Part shown: piece after piece, positions 58,606-64,000 of the stretch
How positions within the stretch are numbered: position 1 is the stretch's first letter
Layout: the number at the start of each line of letters is the position of its first letter
From: Clostridia bacterium
Lineage (GTDB): Bacteria; Bacillota; Clostridia; TANB77; CAG-508
Assembly (NCBI GenBank): GCA_022794615.1
Contig: JAAWFD010000006.1
Location: forward strand, 1,837-65,836
Length of the DNA stretch: 64,000 nt
Direction of reading: 5' to 3'
The notes under the pieces: model-generated
Seen by the model: only the letters and a program-made list of their open reading frames with translations
Told to the model about the DNA's origin: nothing
Databases searched by the model: none
Position numbers and translations under genes: made by a program

Positions 58606-60044
58606 TGAGTGAAGATAAAAATTTTGTAAAAGAAATAACGAACATAGATGATGACTTTGCCAAATGGTATACAGACATAGTATTAAAAGCAGACTTAGCA
58701 GACTATACAGATACAAAAGGATGTATAGCAATAAAACCATATGGATATGCGATTTGGGAAAATATACAGAACTATTTAGATAAAAAATTCAAAGAAATAG
58801 GAGTAAAAAATGCATATTTTCCAGCACTAATACCAGAAAGTTTATTAGAAAAGGAAAAGGAACATGTAGAAGGATTTGCACCAGAGGTAGCATGGATAAC
58901 AGAAGCAGGAGGACAAAAATTAGAAGAAAGATATTGCATAAGACCAACATCAGAAACAATAATATCAACATTATATTCAAGATGGTTAAAATCATGGAGA
59001 GACTTGCCATTTGTATATAATCAATGGTGTAATGTATTAAGATGGGAAAAAGAAACAAGACCATTTTTACGTTCAAGAGAATTCTTATGGCAAGAAGGAC
59101 ATACAATACATGAAACAGAAGAAGAGGCAAAAGAATTAACACTAAAAATATTAGAAATATATGCAGATGCAATAGAAAACTTATTAGCAATTCCAGTAAT
59201 AAAAGGAAGAAAAACAAAAAGTGAACAATTTGCAGGAGCAGATGCAACATATACAGTAGAAACAATGATGTATGACGGAAGAGCATTACAATCAGGAACA
59301 TCACATTATTTTGGACAAAATTTTACGAAACCATTTGAAATTAAGTTTCAAAATAGAGAAGGAAAAGAAGAGTATGCGTATCAAACATCTTGGGGAGCAA
59401 GTACAAGACTAATAGGTGGAATAATAATGGCACATGGAGATGATAGAGGATTAAAATTGCCACCAAATGTAGCACCTATACAAGTAGTAATAGTACCAAT
59501 AGCTATGCATAAAGATGGAGTAAAAGAAAAAGCAACAGAAATATATGAAGAATTAAAGAAAAAATACAGAATTGATATAGATTTGAGAGAACAATTTACA
59601 CCAGGATATAAATTTAGTGATTGGGAAATGAGAGGTATACCTCTAAGAATAGAAATTGGTCCAAGAGATATAGAAAATGGGCAATGTATACTAGTAAGAA
59701 GAGATATAGCAGAAAAAGTGACAGTTAAACTAGAACAACTAGATGTAACAATAGAAAAGACATTAGAAGAAATCCAGAAAAATATGTATGAAGTTTGTAA
59801 AAATAGAATGAAGGAAAAAACAACAACAGCAGTAACATTAGATGAATTTGTAGAAAATATGACAAAGAATCAAGGATTCATAAAATCTATGTGGTGTGGA
59901 GAAGAAGCATGTGAAGATAGAATAAAAGAATTAACAGGAGCTAAATCTAGATGTATGCCATATAGTCAAGAAAATATATCAGATAAATGCGTATGCTGTG
60001 GAAAACCAGCAGATAAAATGGTTATATGGGCAAGACAGTATTAA
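58605..60044 (+). CDS. proS: Prolyl-tRNA synthetase, archaeal/eukaryote-like type
   Basis: FAKWYTDIVLKADL, the class II motifs (RPTSET, FLWQEGHT, GTSHYFG) and a C-terminal Zn-binding Cys cluster are present. Its ATG overlaps the scpB stop (TAATG). Confidence 0.95.
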   Translation: MSEDKNFVKEITNIDDDFAKWYTDIVLKADLADYTDTKGCIAIKPYGYAIWENIQNYLDKKFKEIGVKNAYFPALIPESLLEKEKEHVEGFAPEVAWITEAGGQKLEERYCIRPTSETIISTLYSRWLKSWRDLPFVYNQWCNVLRWEKETRPFLRSREFLWQEGHTIHETEEEAKELTLKILEIYADAIENLLAIPVIKGRKTKSEQFAGADATYTVETMMYDGRALQSGTSHYFGQNFTKPFEIKFQNREGKEEYAYQTSWGASTRLIGGIIMAHGDDRGLKLPPNVAPIQVVIVPIAMHKDGVKEKATEIYEELKKKYRIDIDLREQFTPGYKFSDWEMRGIPLRIEIGPRDIENGQCILVRRDIAEKVTVKLEQLDVTIEKTLEEIQKNMYEVCKNRMKEKTTTAVTLDEFVENMTKNQGFIKSMWCGEEACEDRIKELTGAKSRCMPYSQENISDKCVCCGKPADKMVIWARQY

Positions 60045-60065
60045 TATTAGTTTTGAGTTTAACAA

Positions 60066-60105
60066 ATTAGAAAGTAGAGCAGGAATCTTTGCTCTACTTT
60101 CTAAT
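60066..60105. terminator. Bidirectional terminator
   Basis: ATTAGAAAGTAGAGC / GCTCTACTTTCTAAT form a perfect 15-bp stem. Confidence 0.7.
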
Positions 60106-60124
60106 TACTTTTATATAAAATAAT

Positions 60125-61363
60125 CTATAACATAATCATATTATGAGTATAATCTAGGTTAGCCCAAGAATCAAAGTCATAACCTAAAGTATAAATATCA
60201 GTAGCCCATTTATCTTTATCAAGCATGATTTGAAGATTTCTATTCTTATTAGTATCTTCGAATTTTTTTACTGAAGTTATAACACTAAGTCTAGAATTAG
60301 ACTTAGAAATTTTAGATACCAAATTACGACCATTTTCATTAAATCCAAGAACACGAATATAAGGTATTGTAGTTTTGGCAATTTCCATGTCTTCTTTTGT
60401 AATTCCAAGCATTGCATAAAGAAAAGTTCTTTGAAGGCGAGTTCTAGTATAACGTTTTGAATTAAGTATATTTAATAATTCAATAACACTATTGCAAGAG
60501 CTGGCTGCTTGTTTAATAGCAAATTCTAATCCTTCAGAAACATCAGGTAAATTAGCAAGTTCGCTAACAGACATTTTTCTAAGGGAATATAAAATTTCTT
60601 TATCATAATAAGTAATATCTTTAATAATATGACCTCTTTTGTATTCTTCAAATAAAACAGGATAAGAAGATGCTGGTAAAAGTCTTTTGAATTCAAGAGT
60701 ATCCATTTTATCAGCGGAAATCATATTCCTAATAGCAGAGGCACTTGCTATACCTTTCGAAACTGATAAATCGTTATGGTCAGACCCAAATCTAGTAATA
60801 CATACAGGTCGTATATTACTTTTTGATTTTCTTAAAGCTTTTAAATATTCAATTGCTAAAATATTGTTAGGCATACTTAAAACATTAGCAAACCTACGAA
60901 CATCATTTATGTACATCATTAAAGCGTTTTCTCTAGCTTTAGGAAAAGATAATCCTTTTGAAAGTTCATGAGCTAAAAGGTTTTTATATTCTTGAGGCTC
61001 AGCACATAGTATTTCAGCAGCTTTATCTAAAGCATTAATATCTTCAGTTTCTGCTCCGAAAGAAACTGCGTCAACAATTTTAAGTGAATTTAAAATCTTT
61101 ATAGCACCTTCTGCAAAATTTTCTGCACTAGATATTGCATAAATAGTAGGAAGCTCTATTACTAAATCTACTCCATTTTTTAAAGCCATTTCAGCTTTAG
61201 CCCATTTGTTTACAACAGAAACTTCTCCTCGCTGACTGAAGTTACCTCCCATTACAGCGATTGTATAATCAGCGTTAAAAGTTTTTTTAGATTGCATTAA
61301 GTGATATAAGTGACCATTATGAAATGGATTATATTCTGCAATTATTCCAAGCACTTTACTCAT
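60125..61363 (-). CDS. tmcAL: tRNA(Met) cytidine acetate ligase (YlbM/TmcAL family nucleotidyltransferase)
   Basis: The [18 protein letters not shown]-terminus and a length of about 410 aa fit this family. Confidence 0.85.
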   Translation of the reverse strand: MSKVLGIIAEYNPFHNGHLYHLMQSKKTFNADYTIAVMGGNFSQRGEVSVVNKWAKAEMALKNGVDLVIELPTIYAISSAENFAEGAIKILNSLKIVDAVSFGAETEDINALDKAAEILCAEPQEYKNLLAHELSKGLSFPKARENALMMYINDVRRFANVLSMPNNILAIEYLKALRKSKSNIRPVCITRFGSDHNDLSVSKGIASASAIRNMISADKMDTLEFKRLLPASSYPVLFEEYKRGHIIKDITYYDKEILYSLRKMSVSELANLPDVSEGLEFAIKQAASSCNSVIELLNILNSKRYTRTRLQRTFLYAMLGITKEDMEIAKTTIPYIRVLGFNENGRNLVSKISKSNSRLSVITSVKKFEDTNKNRNLQIMLDKDKWATDIYTLGYDFDSWANLDYTHNMIML

Positions 61364-61517
61364 AAAAAAAATCATTCCTTCCTTAGTATATATATTAAAA
61401 AATTTTCATTTGATTGATAATATATTTTTTATATGTTATAATCTTATCACAAAAAAAAATAAAAAACAACATATTTATAATAATAAAACAACTGAATTGA
61501 AAAAGAGAGGAAAAAAT

Positions 61518-61949
61518 ATGGAAAAAGTCATAATTTATACTGATGGAGCATGCTCAGGTAACCCCGGCCCAGGGGGATGGGGAACTATATTAATGTACAA
61601 AGATACAAAAAAAGAAATATCTGGAGGAGAAAAGAAAACAACAAATAATATAATGGAATTGACAGCAGTAATAGAAGGGCTAAAAAAATTAAAGTTTTCA
61701 TGCCAAGTAGAAATTTATAGCGATAGTGCATATGTAGTAAATGCATTTGAACAAAAATGGATATATGGCTGGATAAAGAAAAAGTGGAAAAATTCATCAG
61801 GAGAGGAAGTTAAAAATAAAGAATTGTGGCAAGAATTATATGATTTAACACAAATACATGAAGTGAAATTTATTAAAGTAAAAGGTCATAGTGATAATCA
61901 ATATAATAATAGATGTGATGAACTTGCTAGAGGAGAAATACAAAAATAA
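61518..61949 (+). CDS. rnhA: Ribonuclease HI
   Basis: [29 protein letters not shown] and [17 protein letters not shown] are present. The start is ATG 61518, after AGAGAGGAAAAAAT. Confidence 0.93.
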   Translation: MEKVIIYTDGACSGNPGPGGWGTILMYKDTKKEISGGEKKTTNNIMELTAVIEGLKKLKFSCQVEIYSDSAYVVNAFEQKWIYGWIKKKWKNSSGEEVKNKELWQELYDLTQIHEVKFIKVKGHSDNQYNNRCDELARGEIQK

Positions 61950-61990
61950 TAAATCCCATTTTTTAATAAAAAAGATTAACAAAATCGAGA

Positions 61991-62069
61991 AATTTTACAT
62001 TAAATAATAAAACCAAAATGAGCAATTAATAAAATTAATCATTTTGGTTTTATTATTTAATGTAAAATT
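61991..62069. terminator. Very long perfect inverted repeat (31-bp arms, 17-nt loop) between convergent genes
   Basis: AATTTTACATTAAATAATAAAACCAAAATGA (61991-62021) is the exact reverse complement of 62039-62069. Confidence 0.6.
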
Positions 62070-62087
62070 GTAAAATCCATTATCAAA

Positions 62088-62339
62088 TTAGTTAAAGACC
62101 CTGAAACATATATATTCAAATTCATTGGTCGAATTTAAAAATAATATAAATTTAGGTCCAAATTCTTTCGTAAAAGCATTTTTAAGTTCTTCTATGTCTG
62201 GTGTATGGTTGATAAATAATAACATTAAATCTAATACATGTGTATCATGATGATAACTGACATTACAGAACTTATTATCAATTACACCCTCTTTCTGTAA
62301 ATTAATAACCAATTGTTGTGCTCTACATAATAGTGACAT
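62088..62339 (-). CDS. Hypothetical small protein (83 aa)
   Basis: ATG 62339 is preceded by GGAGGAAAAAGC. No family is recognised. Confidence 0.55.
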   Translation of the reverse strand: MSLLCRAQQLVINLQKEGVIDNKFCNVSYHHDTHVLDLMLLFINHTPDIEELKNAFTKEFGPKFILFLNSTNEFEYICFRVFN

Positions 62340-62774
62340 GCTTTTTCCTCCATAGATTGATTTTTGCACTCGGGATTTACCAGAGAGCATGTATAAGCTT
62401 TTTATAGCAACAGTATAACATGATATATGAATATTTTCAAGTTTATATATTGCTTTGTGGGAATAAAGGTTATAAAATATAATATATTAAATTTTTATCT
62501 ATCAAAAAGGTGAAAAGCCTCGAATATTCATATTTTTCTATAATTATTTTCAAATTTAGATAACAAATACAAAAATAAATATTTATATAAGAATTAAGTA
62601 GATAAATTAAATGCTTACTTGATTTTTTATTATAGAACTAGGGATTTATATAATACATACTTTTTCTAATTTTTACAAAATATTACATAAATATGACATT
62701 TTTGTTACATTTTTTCCAAACTATTGAAAGTAAACTAGCAATTTTATATAATAAAAACAGGAGGATAGAGACAT

Positions 62775-63398
62775 ATGGAAACATTTGCTAGTTACATTTT
62801 AGATGAAAATAAAAGTATAGAAGAAAAAATGGAAATAATGTGCTATCTAGAAAAACGACTAAGAAACGACCCAGACAAGCGCATATTTTTTGATAAATCA
62901 ATAATATTCAAAACTGCTTTAACCAAAATATTCATTGAAACAATGAACATAGATGTAGATGAAAATTTAGTATTAACAGCAATGCTATTATGTAATTGCA
63001 AAAAAGGTTCAGAGCCACAGAATATAGGAATAGTAAGAACATATGCCAAAACTGGAGCAGAATATTTAGAAAGACTAGGATTTGACAAAAGATTTTGCAA
63101 AATATGTGAAGAATTAAATAGATATAGTGGAAGTAGTCCTCGAGAAAAAGAAGGAGACATATTAGAACTAATAGACCAATTTGGAGGAATGTTATTAGAT
63201 AGAGAAGACAGACGAGGATATGCACCGCTAGATGCACTAATACAATTAGAAAGAGCAAATTTAAAAGATGTAGATAATATATACAAAAAAGAATTTAGAA
63301 AGTTTGTTGAAAAGATGGAAGATATAAATATAATAATTCCAGAAAACAATATGGAACTAAATGGTTTAAGAGCACTAACGAGAAAAGTAAATAAATGA
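62775..63398 (+). CDS. Hypothetical protein, possibly a degenerate HD-domain fold
   Basis: The RBS is ACAGGAGGATAGAGACAT-ATG. LVLTAMLLCNCKK sits where HD proteins carry LLxAALLHDIGK, which is only a weak resemblance. Confidence 0.65.
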   Translation: METFASYILDENKSIEEKMEIMCYLEKRLRNDPDKRIFFDKSIIFKTALTKIFIETMNIDVDENLVLTAMLLCNCKKGSEPQNIGIVRTYAKTGAEYLERLGFDKRFCKICEELNRYSGSSPREKEGDILELIDQFGGMLLDREDRRGYAPLDALIQLERANLKDVDNIYKKEFRKFVEKMEDINIIIPENNMELNGLRALTRKVNK

Positions 63399-63412
63399 TG
63401 GAGATGATATAA

Positions 63413-63625
63413 ATGAATGGAATAGGAGATGCACGTTTAGCAAAAAATTTGGGATTTTTACAAGAAATTATGGAAATAACAAAAAGCGTAATATTAGCAG
63501 TAAAAGAACAAGGCAGAGTAATTATAGGTGAAGAAGATAGAAGAATGTTCTCTAAGGAAACAGTAGAAAAATACACACAAAAAGCAGGAGATAGACAAAA
63601 TAATGAAGAAATGGAGATTGGATAA
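63413..63625 (+). CDS. Hypothetical small protein (70 aa)
   Basis: The ORF begins 14 nt after the previous gene, and its stop overlaps the next ATG (TAATG). Confidence 0.55.
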   Translation: MNGIGDARLAKNLGFLQEIMEITKSVILAVKEQGRVIIGEEDRRMFSKETVEKYTQKAGDRQNNEEMEIG

Positions 63626-64000
63626 TGTATGAAATATTTGCAGATTTACATGTCCACATAGGAAGATCAGAAAGTGGGAAACCAGTAAAAATAACAGCAG
63701 CAAGAAGTCTAAACTTTGCAAACATAGCAAAAGAATGTGTAGAAAGAAAAGGAATAAATTTAGTAGGAATAATAGATTGTGCGTCACCATATGTAATAGA
63801 AGACATAGAAAGGTTTCTAGAAACAGGAGATGCATATGAGTTAGAAGATGGAGGAATAATATACAAAGATAAAGTATGCATATTATTAGGAAGCGAAGTA
63901 GAAACATCTGAAAAAGGAAGAAATGGAAAATGTGGAAGTGCACATAATATATGTTTTTTCCCACATTTAGCAGATATAAAGGCATTCTCAAAAGAGATGA
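63625..64000 (+). CDS. Endonuclease Q-like PHP-domain protein (TIGR00375-type), N-terminal 125 codons; continues beyond the window
   Basis: My own translation reads MYEIFADLHVHIGRSESGKPVKITAA...KGINLVGIIDCASP...AHNICFFPHLADIKAF. It parallels the archaeal EndoQ N-terminus (DLHIHS, GLNLVGTGD, HHLLIFP). It is not in the ORF track because no stop codon falls within the window. Confidence 0.7.
   Translation, partial: MYEIFADLHVHIGRSESGKPVKITAARSLNFANIAKECVERKGINLVGIIDCASPYVIEDIERFLETGDAYELEDGGIIYKDKVCILLGSEVETSEKGRNGKCGSAHNICFFPHLADIKAFSKEM

Noticed and set aside
1-64000. A search for rRNA, tRNA, CRISPR arrays, integrases, transposases, prophage genes or recognisable defence genes (restriction-modification, Cas, abortive infection).
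   Set aside because: I recognised none by eye anywhere in the window. The only mobile-DNA signatures are the two non-autonomous MITE-like copies.

Overview
This is a 64 kb chromosomal window from a very AT-rich, spore-forming Firmicute that looks Clostridia-like. Supporting features are ytaF, a GerA-family germination protein, VanW, a NodB-type deacetylase, a Ca2+ P-type ATPase and strongly purine-rich coding strands. Most of the window is ordinary housekeeping. It holds a pyrimidine operon (pyrC-pyrK-pyrD-pyrF-pyrE), T-box-controlled pheST, dtd, cysK, rpsT, rpmE, lexA, metG, recJ, relA, murB, a yvcK-like gene, a glycogen debranching enzyme, ruvC, holA, scpB, proS, tmcAL and rnhA. It also holds an NfeD/SPFH pair and an HtrA protease.

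The left 12 kb looks accessory. A single 2475-aa bimodular NRPS (C-A-T-C-A-T-reductase) lies 13 nt upstream of an orphan multi-TM/PAS histidine kinase. It is preceded by three exactly phased TTTGTAAAA repeats and followed by three genes I cannot place in any family. I rate this NRPS-kinase unit, with its phased operator-like repeats, as the best candidate for an undescribed system. The NRPS architecture itself belongs to a known class that releases aldehydes.

Other non-genic structure:
- A MITE-like palindromic element is present in two copies. One has perfect 12-bp terminal inverted repeats and an 8-bp target-site duplication; the other sits inside the pyr operon.
- A 27-nt palindromic unit occurs three times, directly after stop codons.
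- A roughly 200-nt GC-enriched structured RNA candidate is 6S-like.
- A 31-bp perfect inverted repeat lies between two convergent genes.
- A 6-codon uORF sits ahead of scpB.

I found no rRNA, tRNA, CRISPR array, transposase or integrase. All calls come from reading the sequence and ORF translations by eye; no searches were run.
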